A stretch of 33,824 nt of DNA from Pseudomonadota bacterium (GCA_038134595.1 JAYPVM010000017.1:1-33824), one strand, 5' to 3'. Shown: positions 1 to 11,309, numbered from the stretch's first letter. Program-made: numbers and translations. Notes: generated from the letters alone by a model not told the origin.

Positions 1-275
1 AGAATAGTAGGTTGTCTCCTCTAGTTAAATGTTCGTTTTCCGGGGAAGCGGTACAAGTTTTGCGGCTATCCGTCCTACCGAAGGGCACAAATCTAACCGT
101 AACAGAATGTTCATCTGAATTTTCGATACCGAAGTCGCGATTTTTGGCACCTGCGGACAGGAAACTATAATGTACAAAAAGCTTTGGCCACAGCAAAGCG
201 TGGCTCAACAGATTTGAAGCTCGTATTATAGATACCCATATTATCCGATAAACATGTAGTCCGTTTCACTCAAAA

Positions 276-1160
276 CTACATACGCTCTAGTCGTAAGACC
301 AAAAATCTATCTAAGTCGTCCTGGTCTCCGAGATAGCTAATGCGATACACGTCTCGATACTCTGCAAGAAGCCTCTCGACATGCGCCATCTTATAGGCTC
401 CCACCTCACACAACAGCACCCCTTCCGGCTGTAAAAACTGAGTGGCTCCTTCAATAATCTGCCGAGCGTCGCAAAGCCCCCCCTCTGTCGAAAATAGAGC
501 GGAGGGAGGTTCAAATGAAAGCTCTCTTGCGAGAGGCTCATCACAAACTACGTACGGCGGATTGGCAACGATTACATCAAATCTTCCTGCCTCACCGTCT
601 AAACCGGAATACCAATCACTCTCAACAAACTCTATCGACTCCGCTGTCCCATACCTTTGAGCATTTTTCCTTGCAACAGCGAGCACCTCAGCACTCTGAT
701 CGACAGCAACACTCCGTACATCAACTCCTTTCGACAACAATTCCGACGTCAGAGAAACCGCAAGACATCCGGATCCTGTTCCCAGATCTAAGATCGAAGC
801 CGTCTTCTTTGATGCAAAGCTAGCAAGCGCCTCATCCACCAACAGCTCACTCTCAGGGCGTGGAATCAAAACTGAAGGGTTAACCTCAAACGATCTCCCA
901 TAAAACTCCTTCTCACCAACTATGTATGCAATCGGCTCACCCGATTGTCTTCGCTCCACCAGCTTTGTAAATTGATTCACATGCTCATCTGCAAGCGTCT
1001 CTCGAAACCGCACAATGAGCCCCGTTCGGTCGGTACGCAAAACATAGGCGAGAAGAAGTTCACTATCAAGGCGAGCCGATTCTGATGCCGCTAATATGCG
1101 CGATGCAAGCAGAATCAAATCTCCAACCGAATCTACACTACTGAATGAGTGCTTCTCCAC
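276..1160 (-). CDS. prmC: Release factor glutamine methyltransferase PrmC/HemK
   Basis: [27 protein letters not shown] (SAM motif), NPPY motif; directly downstream of prfA. Start moved from 1190 to GTG at 1160, which has GGAGG 6 nt upstream and overlaps the prfA 3' end. Confidence 0.95.
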   Translation of the reverse strand: MEKHSFSSVDSVGDLILLASRILAASESARLDSELLLAYVLRTDRTGLIVRFRETLADEHVNQFTKLVERRQSGEPIAYIVGEKEFYGRSFEVNPSVLIPRPESELLVDEALASFASKKTASILDLGTGSGCLAVSLTSELLSKGVDVRSVAVDQSAEVLAVARKNAQRYGTAESIEFVESDWYSGLDGEAGRFDVIVANPPYVVCDEPLARELSFEPPSALFSTEGGLCDARQIIEGATQFLQPEGVLLCEVGAYKMAHVERLLAEYRDVYRISYLGDQDDLDRFLVLRLERM

Positions 1161-2214
1161 GAAGCGCCTCCGCCTGATAAAACGCCACAACCGGATCGAT
1201 TAACTGATCTATCTCACCTGCGAGCACTCCTGGAATATCACTAATAGAGAGCTTAATGCGATGATCAGTGATTCGAGACTGCGGGAAGTTGTAGGTTCTA
1301 ATCTTTTCCGAGCGGTCTCCGGTTCCTACCTGACTCTTTCTATCCTGACTACGTTCGGCATCAGCAGCCGCCTGCTTCGCCTCAAACAATCGAGCCTTCA
1401 AAACTCGCATAGCTTTTTCTTTGTTCTTATGCTGCGATTTCTCGTCCTGCATAGCAACGACAATACCTGAAGGCAAATGCGTTATACGCACGGCCGAATC
1501 GGTTGTGTTTACAGACTGTCCGCCCGGACCGCTCGAGCGATACACATCAATTCGGAGGTCTTTATCATGCACCTGAATCTCGACATCCTCTGCTTCAGGC
1601 AAAACAGCCACCGTCACTGTTGAGGTGTGAATTCGACCCGCGGCCTCTGTTTCTGGCACCCGCTGAACACGATGAACTCCCCGCTCATACTTGAGCCTAC
1701 TAAACGCTCCCTCACCGTTTACCATAGCAATCACCTCTTTTAGTCCACGCGGACCGGCATCGCTGTAGCTCATGGTCTCAACTTTCCAGCCCCGCGCCTC
1801 TGCGTAGCGCGTATACATACGGAAAAGTTCATAGGCAAATATTGACGCTTCATCCCCTCCTGCGCCCGCTCGAATTTCAAGAATTACATTCTTCTCGTCA
1901 TTAGGATCTCTTGGAAGAAGAAGTATCTGTAACTGTCTTTGAAGATCTTCCACAACGCCTTCCAAAACCGAGACCTCATCACTCGCCATTGCACGTAATT
2001 CTGCATCTGAACTCGTCTCGAGCAGCTCCTTGCTCTCACTGAGCTCTTCTACAGCTTTCGAATACGACCGAAAGGTTGCAACCAAATCTGTTAGCGATTT
2101 GTATTCCTTGGTATACTTCTGGTAGCGCTCTCGATCGGCCACCACTTCCGGCTTAGAAAGCTGTTGGGCCAACTGCTCATAGCGTTCTTCTACTTCCTTT
2201 AATTTTTCCCACAT
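1138..2214 (-). CDS. prfA: Peptide chain release factor 1
   Basis: GGQ motif ([11 protein letters not shown]), PxT recognition loop (VPETE), [11 protein letters not shown]. Start moved to ATG 2214 (MWEKL), with AGGA upstream. Confidence 0.97.
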   Translation of the reverse strand: MWEKLKEVEERYEQLAQQLSKPEVVADRERYQKYTKEYKSLTDLVATFRSYSKAVEELSESKELLETSSDAELRAMASDEVSVLEGVVEDLQRQLQILLLPRDPNDEKNVILEIRAGAGGDEASIFAYELFRMYTRYAEARGWKVETMSYSDAGPRGLKEVIAMVNGEGAFSRLKYERGVHRVQRVPETEAAGRIHTSTVTVAVLPEAEDVEIQVHDKDLRIDVYRSSGPGGQSVNTTDSAVRITHLPSGIVVAMQDEKSQHKNKEKAMRVLKARLFEAKQAAADAERSQDRKSQVGTGDRSEKIRTYNFPQSRITDHRIKLSISDIPGVLAGEIDQLIDPVVAFYQAEALRGEALIQ

Positions 2215-2227
2215 AATCAAGTATTTC

Positions 2228-3388
2228 CTATTGCAAGATCGCCTGAAGCACTTCGGTTCTAAGCGCATTAAGTTTGCGAGTATTTTGGTGCGATAATGGC
2301 ATGCCGCTTAGAAATACGACAACCATATCCCGAGCACAATCTAAGAAGACCGAGGAGCCACCTGTCCCGTTCATTACAATCCGCCCATGACTACCATTAC
2401 TCTCATCCAAACTAAATCCATCTTCCTTCGAAGCCGACATAAATCCACATCCGACTCGCTCATCACTACCAAGAAACATCGTAGCAACCTCAGGCGCGAT
2501 AATATCAGACCGTCCATGAACAGCATCTAGTAATGCCCTGCCCCACTTGTGCAAATCTCCAACCGTACCAAAAAGCCCCGCGTGTCCAGCAACTCCACCC
2601 ATGACCCACGCATTTTCATCCCACACCTCGCCAGCGATAACTCGACCTCGCCGACTACAAATACCCATTGGTGAAAACAGCTCAACAATAGGCTCAAGTC
2701 TCCTTCGTCGTAAGATAGTAAGATCAATAAAATTGATACTCCCGAGCTGCATAGGTGTCGCAACATAACGAACAAACGCTTTCTCCAGCGACAAGCCCGT
2801 AACAAGTTCGCATATCTCACCTAAAATAACGTAGTTAATATCGCTCTCTAAAACTCGGGCTCCCGGCTCAAATCGAAGTGTCGCATTCTTGAAATGATTG
2901 TACGCATACTGCTTCGCACCACTACTCGACAAAATACCCGGTCGAGGCCCCGCATTCGCTTTTACCAACTCGTCATATACTGAGATACCAGCCGGAAATC
3001 CGGTTGTATGAGACAGGAGATGTGCGAGTGTTATTTTCGATTTCTGCCCCACTCCCAAACCCTGGAGATAGCGAGCAGCTCTATCAGTCAAAGAAACCTT
3101 TCCCAACGAAACAAGTCTCATCATGAGTGTTGCGGTACAAACCCCTTGAGTCAGTCGCCCTAAATCAAATACTGTATTAGCAATGGGCTGGGGAGGAGCT
3201 TCACTATCCAAGCCAAGCGCTCGATCGCCCTCAGCAACCGACAGAAACACATCCTCACCTACAGATGCCAACACACAGGCACCAGAAAGCAGCTCATCAT
3301 GAACCGCTTTCTGTAACAGATTAACAACCCTATCGACCCCAGGACACGAGTCAGTGCTTACAGATGCTTGTTTTGAACCAGACGACAC
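2228..3388 (-). CDS. Beta-lactamase/class C serine-hydrolase-fold protein (AmiE/YbbE-like), catalytic residues apparently lost
   Basis: Family motifs [12 protein letters not shown] and [23 protein letters not shown] are present. SxxK reads R-L-T-Q, the YxN position reads E-S-D and the HTG position reads M-N-G. Confidence 0.85.
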   Translation of the reverse strand: MSSGSKQASVSTDSCPGVDRVVNLLQKAVHDELLSGACVLASVGEDVFLSVAEGDRALGLDSEAPPQPIANTVFDLGRLTQGVCTATLMMRLVSLGKVSLTDRAARYLQGLGVGQKSKITLAHLLSHTTGFPAGISVYDELVKANAGPRPGILSSSGAKQYAYNHFKNATLRFEPGARVLESDINYVILGEICELVTGLSLEKAFVRYVATPMQLGSINFIDLTILRRRRLEPIVELFSPMGICSRRGRVIAGEVWDENAWVMGGVAGHAGLFGTVGDLHKWGRALLDAVHGRSDIIAPEVATMFLGSDERVGCGFMSASKEDGFSLDESNGSHGRIVMNGTGGSSVFLDCARDMVVVFLSGMPLSHQNTRKLNALRTEVLQAILQ

Positions 3389-3518
3389 AATGCAGCTAAC
3401 TCCTTTAAATTACACTACCGGTAGTGCAGTATACCCCTCTCCCGAGAGAAAAATCCACTACCGCCCGCAAACGATGTCGCAGTTTACCAACAAAATCGAA
3501 AAAAATACTGGCTTGAGC

Positions 3519-3547
3519 CTTGAAAAACTCCGCCCCAGTGCGCATTA
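3519..3547 (+). promoter_or_regulatory. Candidate sigma32 (RpoH)-type promoter for groESL
   Basis: CTTGAAA (3519-3525), 14 nt spacer, GCGCATTA (3540-3547) versus consensus CTTGAAA-N13/14-CCCCATNT. The -10 match is imperfect. No CIRCE element seen. Confidence 0.5.
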
Positions 3548-3745
3548 CTCTCTCGCACCCGGTGGTCGCCTTGAGTAATTACCTGGCTAAGGTATGCTAT
3601 CGAGAGCCCACCCAACGGTGGCTTTTCGTTATGAGAAAAAGCGAATACTGTGGGTGTTTCACAAAAAGCGTACGTGAAGGAATTGGGGCAAGAAGAGGTA
3701 AAAACTGACTCCCCCACCCTTTTCTACATTCGGAGGTAAAAGGTA

Positions 3746-4051
3746 ATGAGCAGCAATAAGAATAAAATTCGGCCGTTGCAAGATCGTCTCATCGTAGAGC
3801 GGCTTGCACCTGAAGAGAAATCAAGTGGCGGAATTATCCTTCCTGACAACGCTCAAGAGCGCCCTCAACGAGGTCGTGTTGTGGCTGTCGGAAAAGGGAA
3901 AGTTCGTGAAGACGGTACAGTAACTCCAGTTGATGTCAAAGAAGGCGATGAGATCCTTTTTGGCAAGTACAGTGGGACTGAAGTGAAGGTTGAAGGCTCT
4001 GAGCTTTTAATCATGCGTGAAGATGACGTATTGGGCGTAGTTGTTGCGTAA
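3746..4051 (+). CDS. groES: Co-chaperonin GroES
   Basis: [33 protein letters not shown]; upstream of groEL. Confidence 0.98.
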   Translation: MSSNKNKIRPLQDRLIVERLAPEEKSSGGIILPDNAQERPQRGRVVAVGKGKVREDGTVTPVDVKEGDEILFGKYSGTEVKVEGSELLIMREDDVLGVVVA

Positions 4052-4090
4052 GCATACGACATATCCAAGGCGCATACGCGTAAAATTTAA

Positions 4091-5761
<1,671 letters not shown>

Positions 5762-5782
5762 TCACATCTCGTTCATGAGGCC

Positions 5783-5851
5783 GGGACGCTACGCCGTAGC
5801 GTCCCACCACTTCCTCTCTTTTTTCTTATTTGAAAAAAGAGAGGTTTTTTT
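5783..5851 (+). terminator. Tandem hairpins / intrinsic terminator of groESL
   Basis: Hairpin 1 is GGGACGCTAC-GCC-GTAGCGTCCC (5783-5805, perfect 10 bp). Hairpin 2 is CCTCTCTTTTTTC-N6-GAAAAAAGAGAGG (5813-5844, perfect 13 bp), followed by T7. Confidence 0.85.
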
Positions 5852-6119
5852 ATACCTTTCACTTTCAGCTCTTAGGTCGTAGATATAAGAACGCAGAGCC
5901 CAGCGACAATCCAGACCAGCTTCTCATAAAAAAGAAATACTCTCTCGTACAATTTCTTGACAAGACCTATCACTACCATTTCCATAACATGAGCACAGTC
6001 AGTGTGTTCTTCTTCAAATATTTATAATCTCGCCTGTAGCAGTGCACGTTTCTCTAATAGACTACTATCCGGAGCGAACTGCACACCTTTTTCCTACGAG
6101 AAGAAACAGAGAACCTATC

Positions 6120-6341
6120 ATGAAAACACACAACAACCTCAAACTACTCACCCTAACCATTCTTATCGCAGCTAGCTCAGGGTGTGCCACCAATGCCGAA
6201 CTCCGAAGAGTCCGCGCGGAGGTTCACGAAACCCGCCACACAGCTGAGCAAGCACTCGAAACAGCCAAAGAGGCAAATCGGCGAGCGGAAAGGACAGAAG
6301 AAATGATGCATAGAAGCTTTAAACACTCGATGAGAAAGTAA
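6120..6341 (+). CDS. Small Lpp/OprI-like alanine-zipper outer-membrane lipoprotein
   Basis: 73 aa from ATG 6120. Signal peptide ends ASSG|C; Ala-rich coiled coil (TAEQALETAKEANRRAER); C-terminal -RK as in Lpp/OprI; adjacent to an L,D-transpeptidase. Confidence 0.8.
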   Translation: MKTHNNLKLLTLTILIAASSGCATNAELRRVRAEVHETRHTAEQALETAKEANRRAERTEEMMHRSFKHSMRK

Positions 6342-6527
6342 AATCTCTTCGGCCCTGCCGACTCTGTCGTTTCTAGACGTTGCACACGACGTAAAAGCAT
6401 AGTCCTGTTCAGCTTCATTAACTCGTGGCAACTCTCAAGATAGTGCACACGAGCATATCTCGATCTACCAAGCGTTTTTTGTTCGTCAAAATCACCACGG
6501 CTTAGATCACACAAAGAAGATCGATAC

Positions 6528-7487
6528 GTGCGAATTGTACTTATAAGCCCACTCGCCATATCCTGCGTGATCACGACACTATTGTCGCTCCAAGCAATCT
6601 ATGCCGAAGAGCTCATGTTACCTGCTGACCCAAACGAGTCACTGGTTGGAAAGATTTTGCACACCTATGCCGGCGAAGATGAAACGCTACTCGATGTGGC
6701 ACGTAGATTTGATATCGGACACGATCAGATTATCGCAGCAAATCCAACAATCAATCGATGGCTTCCTGGCACACAGAACACTATCATTATCCCCTCACTG
6801 TATATACTCCCACCCCATGGTCCGTCGGAAATTGTCATCAACCTCTCAGAGCTACGCCTCTACTTCTTTCCAGCACGCACAAAAACAGTAATTACATTCC
6901 CGGTTAGCCTCGGCGACTACGACTGGAAGACCCCGCGTGGCAAAACAACGATTATAAAAAAAGCCGTTAATCCAACATGGTACCCGCCACAATCTATTCA
7001 GAGAGAACACGAGCATGATGGACAAGTGCTACCATCTGCAATTCCAGCCAACGATCCAAGAAATCCGCTTGGCAATTTCGCTCTATACCTCGGGATTCCT
7101 TCATATCTTATCCATGGAACCGATCCTCGCAGATCCTCCGGTATCGGCATGCAGGTCAGTCACGGCTGCATTCGAATGTATCCGGAAGACATCGAGAAGC
7201 TCTTCGAGCGCGTCCGAATCGGGACTAGAGTGTCTATAATACAACAACCTATAAAGGTCGGCAGACGAGGGCACTCTATCTACCTTGAATACCACCGACG
7301 ACAAAAAGATCCTCTTGATACACCCTTGCCGTTCGAAGATGGTGGGCTTGCAAGTTTTCAGGAAAATTTACGCTCCCTTGCGCTCGATCCGAAAGCAATC
7401 GATACTCAAAAGGTCTTTCATGTATACCATCGAGGCGATGGAATCCCGACCAACATCTCTGCCCGCAAAGTTAAAACCTGGTGGTAA
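6528..7487 (+). CDS. L,D-transpeptidase (ErfK/YbiS/YcfS-like, YkuD domain with N-terminal LysM-like region)
   Basis: Signal peptide, ETLLDVARRFDIG, IVINLSELRLY, NPTWYPP, catalytic IHGT...SHGCIRM motif. Confidence 0.93.
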   Translation: MRIVLISPLAISCVITTLLSLQAIYAEELMLPADPNESLVGKILHTYAGEDETLLDVARRFDIGHDQIIAANPTINRWLPGTQNTIIIPSLYILPPHGPSEIVINLSELRLYFFPARTKTVITFPVSLGDYDWKTPRGKTTIIKKAVNPTWYPPQSIQREHEHDGQVLPSAIPANDPRNPLGNFALYLGIPSYLIHGTDPRRSSGIGMQVSHGCIRMYPEDIEKLFERVRIGTRVSIIQQPIKVGRRGHSIYLEYHRRQKDPLDTPLPFEDGGLASFQENLRSLALDPKAIDTQKVFHVYHRGDGIPTNISARKVKTWW

Positions 7488-7609
7488 AAACCAAGTAAAG
7501 GAGTCCCTCGAATGGCGATGTTCTTCAAAACTTTCGTCTGTCGAAATAACACAAATCGGTCTATTCTAAAACGAATCTGGAACTCTCTGCCCATTTCATC
7601 GGAGCATAC

Positions 7610-8356
7610 ATGAAATACGATCTTTCCCCCAGCATGAAATACCTGACCATCACAGCCTTATTTATGGTTGCAAACATCTGTCACGGAGAAGCGCCGTCCC
7701 TCCAAAAAACTTCCATCAATAGTATTACGACAACGGGACAATGCTTCGCTAAGGTGGCACACGACAGGGGTGCAATTACACTCACATCAACAGCGACGGC
7801 GCCGTCCGCCCAGCAAGCATCTAAAGCAGTGCTCGCGGCTCATGCCACCTTAAAAAAAGCAGTGAAAGAGTTAGATCTAAAAGAATTTTATGCAGAGTCT
7901 GTCGAATACTCTGTTCATCAAGATTGTTCCTATAACAAAGGAAAGCGAGCCTGCTCGGGTTTTAACGCTCGCATGGGAACACGCTTTGAGACTTCGGAGA
8001 TTGCCCGTCTCGGAGATATTATTCGAGTATCCTCAAATCAAGAAGCAGAAGAGTCCTCCCGACTAGAAACCTTTGCAAGCCCTCAGAGCATTCAACAAGC
8101 ACGAGAAAACTGTCTGGAGCAAGCGATGCGAAATGCAGGCGACAAGGCAAAGAGAATAGCCCGAGGAGCCGGTGTCCAACTCGGCAATTTGCTTTTTGCC
8201 AAAGAAAATCCATTATCATCCGAAGCAACTCCCCCCCCAATCGCGAGACGAGGCCTTATGGAAATGGCTGCGACAACAACAAACTCTCCCGTCATCGAAG
8301 CGAAACCGCTAGAGATGTACATTACCGTAACTAGTAACTATCAAATCATTCGATGA
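7610..8356 (+). CDS. SIMPL (DUF541/BP26-like) periplasmic protein
   Basis: Signal peptide, SITTTGQCFAKVAHD, AMRNAGDKAKRIARGAGVQLG, C-terminal beta-strand ITVTSNYQI; GGAG upstream of ATG. Confidence 0.75.
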   Translation: MKYDLSPSMKYLTITALFMVANICHGEAPSLQKTSINSITTTGQCFAKVAHDRGAITLTSTATAPSAQQASKAVLAAHATLKKAVKELDLKEFYAESVEYSVHQDCSYNKGKRACSGFNARMGTRFETSEIARLGDIIRVSSNQEAEESSRLETFASPQSIQQARENCLEQAMRNAGDKAKRIARGAGVQLGNLLFAKENPLSSEATPPPIARRGLMEMAATTTNSPVIEAKPLEMYITVTSNYQIIR

Positions 8357-8367
8357 TAATTTGAAAC

Positions 8368-8811
8368 ATGAAAAGCTCATCGCAATCAAAGCAACCTAAT
8401 TGCTCCACCTGGCAGATAGACCACGTTGGAATAGCTGTTTCAGATCTCGACAAAGCAATCGTTCACTACCAACAAACCACAGGTGCAAATCCTGTACAAC
8501 GAGAGAGTCTCGCTGACCAGGGGGTAGAGATTGTCTTTATTGAGCTTGCAGGGAGTAAAGTAGAATTACTCGCGCCATTAAATGACCAATCTACATTGGC
8601 AAGATTTATTCAGAAACGGGGTAGTGGCCTCCATCATGTCTGCTACCGCGTTGAAAATATCCACGCAGAGCTCCAACGACTCCGAGAATCCGGATACCAA
8701 CTTATCGATGACACACCAAGGCCAGGCGCAGGAAATACTTTAATAGCGTTCATTCATCCCTCGAGCTGTCACGGAGTACTAACAGAAATATGCGAATATT
8801 CAGCATCTTAG
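8368..8811 (+). CDS. mce: Methylmalonyl-CoA epimerase (VOC family)
   Basis: IDHVGIAVSDL, KVELLAP, GLHHVCYRV, AFIHP..GVLTEICE with His/Glu metal ligands. Confidence 0.88.
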   Translation: MKSSSQSKQPNCSTWQIDHVGIAVSDLDKAIVHYQQTTGANPVQRESLADQGVEIVFIELAGSKVELLAPLNDQSTLARFIQKRGSGLHHVCYRVENIHAELQRLRESGYQLIDDTPRPGAGNTLIAFIHPSSCHGVLTEICEYSAS

Positions 8812-8948
8812 ATACCATTGGGTAAAGAATTAAAAATCTGTTAGACTTCTGCCGACGGCCAACACAAGCCAATGATGAGACACGCTCTATGAAGGCACTC
8901 TTGAAACTATCAAACATTCGGCGTTGTACGATCTCACGCTCCCTACAC

Positions 8949-9350
8949 ATGAGCATTCTTACTCTCGCCACTCTGCTCTTGTGTCCACTGCTATCGGCGC
9001 AAGAATTTGAAACCTCCTGCGAAGCTACCTTGCAGTCTTGTTTTTCATACTCCCATCAGGCTCGCAGTTCATGCCTCTATGCCAAATCAGATACTTCCGA
9101 GTGCGCTAACTCCGCCACTGGAGCGCTGGCAAAAATCCGCGCCCAGCTCCATCTACATGCTCTTCCCACTGAACATAAAAACACCCCAGAGGAGCCATAT
9201 ACCCTCAATAGCGATTGCCTTCGAAACTTCGATCACCTGTGGCTAGGGGCATTAGTCCATGAGGACAACACGCAAGAAACCACTGAGAGCCTAGAGGAAT
9301 CGTTGCTTTCATGTGTAAAACACGCTCCCAATCAACTCCTTCGACCCTAA
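8949..9350 (+). CDS. Hypothetical secreted Cys-rich protein
   Basis: Signal-like MSILTLATLLLCPLLSA|QE from ATG 8949 (track start 8889); six Cys in the mature part. Confidence 0.65.
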   Translation: MSILTLATLLLCPLLSAQEFETSCEATLQSCFSYSHQARSSCLYAKSDTSECANSATGALAKIRAQLHLHALPTEHKNTPEEPYTLNSDCLRNFDHLWLGALVHEDNTQETTESLEESLLSCVKHAPNQLLRP

Positions 9351-9411
9351 GACTTTAAAGAGTATATTTTTTAGGTAGTAAAAATTTTCATAGACATATA
9401 GGCTTTTCACT

Positions 9412-9915
9412 ATGAATATCAATCCCTCTAGTCTCGTTGGTATCATTATGGGCTCAACTTCCGATTGGGAGACGATGGCCCATTCTGCAAATTTATTGGA
9501 CGAACTCCAGATACGGTACGACCACAGAGTTGTGTCTGCACACCGCACTCCTCGTCTTTTGGAACAATACGCTTTAGAAGCCGAAAAACAGGGGATAGAG
9601 GTAATTATAGCGGGAGCTGGTGGCGCTGCTCATTTACCCGGCATGGTAGCTGCATACACTCATATTCCAGTCATTGGAGTTCCGGTAGAATCTAAATGCC
9701 TCAAAGGTCTCGATTCTCTGCTTTCGATTGTGCAAATGCCTGCAGGCGTGCCAGTTGCCACAGTGGCGATCGGAACCTCTGGTGCAAAAAACGCGGCCAT
9801 CTTGGCCGCGAGCATCTTAGCAAACAAGCATCCTCAAATCAGCACCTCTTTGAAGGACTTTAGAGCTAAACAAACTGAAGGTGTCATGAGCAGCACACTT
9901 CCTTCCTCTTCCTAG
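9412..9915 (+). CDS. purE: N5-CAIR mutase PurE
   Basis: [41 protein letters not shown]. Confidence 0.98.
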   Translation: MNINPSSLVGIIMGSTSDWETMAHSANLLDELQIRYDHRVVSAHRTPRLLEQYALEAEKQGIEVIIAGAGGAAHLPGMVAAYTHIPVIGVPVESKCLKGLDSLLSIVQMPAGVPVATVAIGTSGAKNAAILAASILANKHPQISTSLKDFRAKQTEGVMSSTLPSSS

Positions 9916-9927
9916 AGAAGCACGATA

Positions 9928-11007
9928 ATGAAGATTGGAATTCTCGGTTCAGGTCAATTAGGCGCGATGCTAGCCGATGCGGCTGTCAGACTCGGTCATC
10001 AAGTAGCCTTTTATGACTCAGCGGACGGCGCACCAACAAAAAGATTCCAAGCTACAACAGTCGCTGGCTTTGACGATGAGACCGCTCTACAAAAATTCGC
10101 TCAAACATGCGATGTCGTTACCTATGAATTTGAAAACATACCTGTAGAAACCGTACAGATTATTGAGCAATACACTCCGGTACATCCAGCTAAAAAAGCT
10201 CTTGCAATCTCGCAGGACAGACTCCTTGAAAAAGAGTTTTTGCAAAGCATAGGCATTGGAACTCCTCGTTTTCAATGCGCCTCATCCTTAGATGAACTGC
10301 AATCAGCGTGCCAGGCTGTGGGGTTTCCATGCGTCATAAAAACTCGTAGATTCGGCTATGATGGCAAGGGACAAGCTCGGGTCTCCGAGGTCTCAGAAGT
10401 TGCCAAGGCGTGGCATTCCCTTCAATCAACGGGACTTATCGTGGAAGGCTACGTACCGTTTTCTCGAGAGCTATCAATAATCGGCACGCGAGATATTCAC
10501 GGGAATGTCGTCACGTATCCCTTAATCGAAAATACGCATATCGATGGAATCCTGCACCGCAGTGAGATCCCTGCGCCCGCTATCAGCAGAGAGCTTCAAT
10601 CTCAAACACAAACTATGATTGAAAGTCTATTACATGCTCTGGATTATGTTGGAACTATAACGATGGAACTATTCGACGTGCGTGGAGAGATTCTCGCAAA
10701 CGAAATTGCACCCCGAGTTCACAATTCAGGTCATGCCACTATCGAGTCACTTGAAACAAGTCAATTCGAGAACCACATTCGTGCCATAACTGGAATGGAG
10801 CTCGGAACCCCCGATCCACACGCCCGTGCAGTCATGTACAATATCATCGGCTCGATTCCAGAGATGGAGAAGCTCTCCGAATACACATCTATCTTTCCGC
10901 ATCTCTACGACAAGGAACCGCGCCCTGGACGAAAGCTTGGGCATATTACCTTACTAAATCCTGCCGAATCTGAAGAACAGCTCGTTAAAGGTCTCTGTCG
11001 TCGATAA
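9928..11007 (+). CDS. purK: N5-CAIR synthase PurK
   Basis: GILGSGQLG, TYEFEN, GYDGKGQ, NEIAPRVHNSGH, RKLGH; follows purE. Confidence 0.97.
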   Translation: MKIGILGSGQLGAMLADAAVRLGHQVAFYDSADGAPTKRFQATTVAGFDDETALQKFAQTCDVVTYEFENIPVETVQIIEQYTPVHPAKKALAISQDRLLEKEFLQSIGIGTPRFQCASSLDELQSACQAVGFPCVIKTRRFGYDGKGQARVSEVSEVAKAWHSLQSTGLIVEGYVPFSRELSIIGTRDIHGNVVTYPLIENTHIDGILHRSEIPAPAISRELQSQTQTMIESLLHALDYVGTITMELFDVRGEILANEIAPRVHNSGHATIESLETSQFENHIRAITGMELGTPDPHARAVMYNIIGSIPEMEKLSEYTSIFPHLYDKEPRPGRKLGHITLLNPAESEEQLVKGLCRR

Positions 11008-11068
11008 GAAGAGCAATTTGATCGAGACAAGGGAGATACATACTCAGTGTTATATTCACACCTTAGCC

Positions 11069-11258
11069 CTAGCAGGGTCGTGAAAAATGAATTCCTATTG
11101 CACATTTCGATAGTTCGACTGCAACTTCGTTGGAGCCGCCGAAAAAATCCTTGAACGTATCTCAGTGGATACGCCTCCGGTTTTTTCGTCGTCTCCGCCT
11201 CGTTTCGTCAAAACTCTCAAAATGTTCACGACGGAACCTTTTTTCACCACCCTGCTAG
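11069..11258. repeat. 190-bp imperfect palindromic element (MITE/RPE-like, or rod-shaped ncRNA)
   Basis: Terminal inverted repeats CTAGCAGGGTCGTGAAAAA (11069-11087) and TTTTTCACCACCCTGCTAG (11240-11258) match 18/19. Interior self-complementarity continues to the apex CGTATC-N6-GATACG (11156-11173). Confidence 0.85.
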
Positions 11259-11269
11259 TTCTCCAATCA

Positions 11270-11299
11270 TTGAATAGCATCGCCATTCTACGCTAGAAT
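11270..11299 (+). promoter_or_regulatory. sigma70-type promoter of sua5
   Basis: TTGAAT (11270-11275), 18 nt, TAGAAT (11294-11299); ATG is 10 nt downstream. Confidence 0.5.
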
Positions 11300-11309
11300 T
11301 AGCCGTTAT

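Noticed and set aside
66..140. Two ACCGAAG motifs on the + strand suggesting a glycine riboswitch
   Set aside because: No CUCUCAGG-type element, and the orientation is opposite to the downstream SD; better read as CUUCGG motifs on the minus strand.
3386..3405. In-frame ATT just before the GTG of the pseudo-hydrolase, 8 nt from AAGGAG (a second IF3-sensitive start?)
   Set aside because: The adjacent canonical GTG at 11 nt spacing is sufficient; no independent support.
3389..3745. CIRCE/HrcA operator upstream of groES
   Set aside because: No TTAGCACTC-N9-GAGTGCTAA or close variant found.
6339..6364. TAAA...GCCGACTC sigma28-like site before the ldt gene (and a similar one near 8831-8858)
   Set aside because: Spacers are 14 and 16 nt instead of 15, and the -10 matches are weak.
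11069..11258. 6S RNA or integron attC identity for the palindrome
   Set aside because: No large central bubble, and the CTTGAAC motif lies near the apex; no RYYYAAC/GTTRRRY ends and no integrase. 6S is not fully excluded without an Rfam search.
11095..11286. 63-aa minus-strand ORF across the palindrome
   Set aside because: No SD or protein-like features; probably a by-product of the element's sequence.
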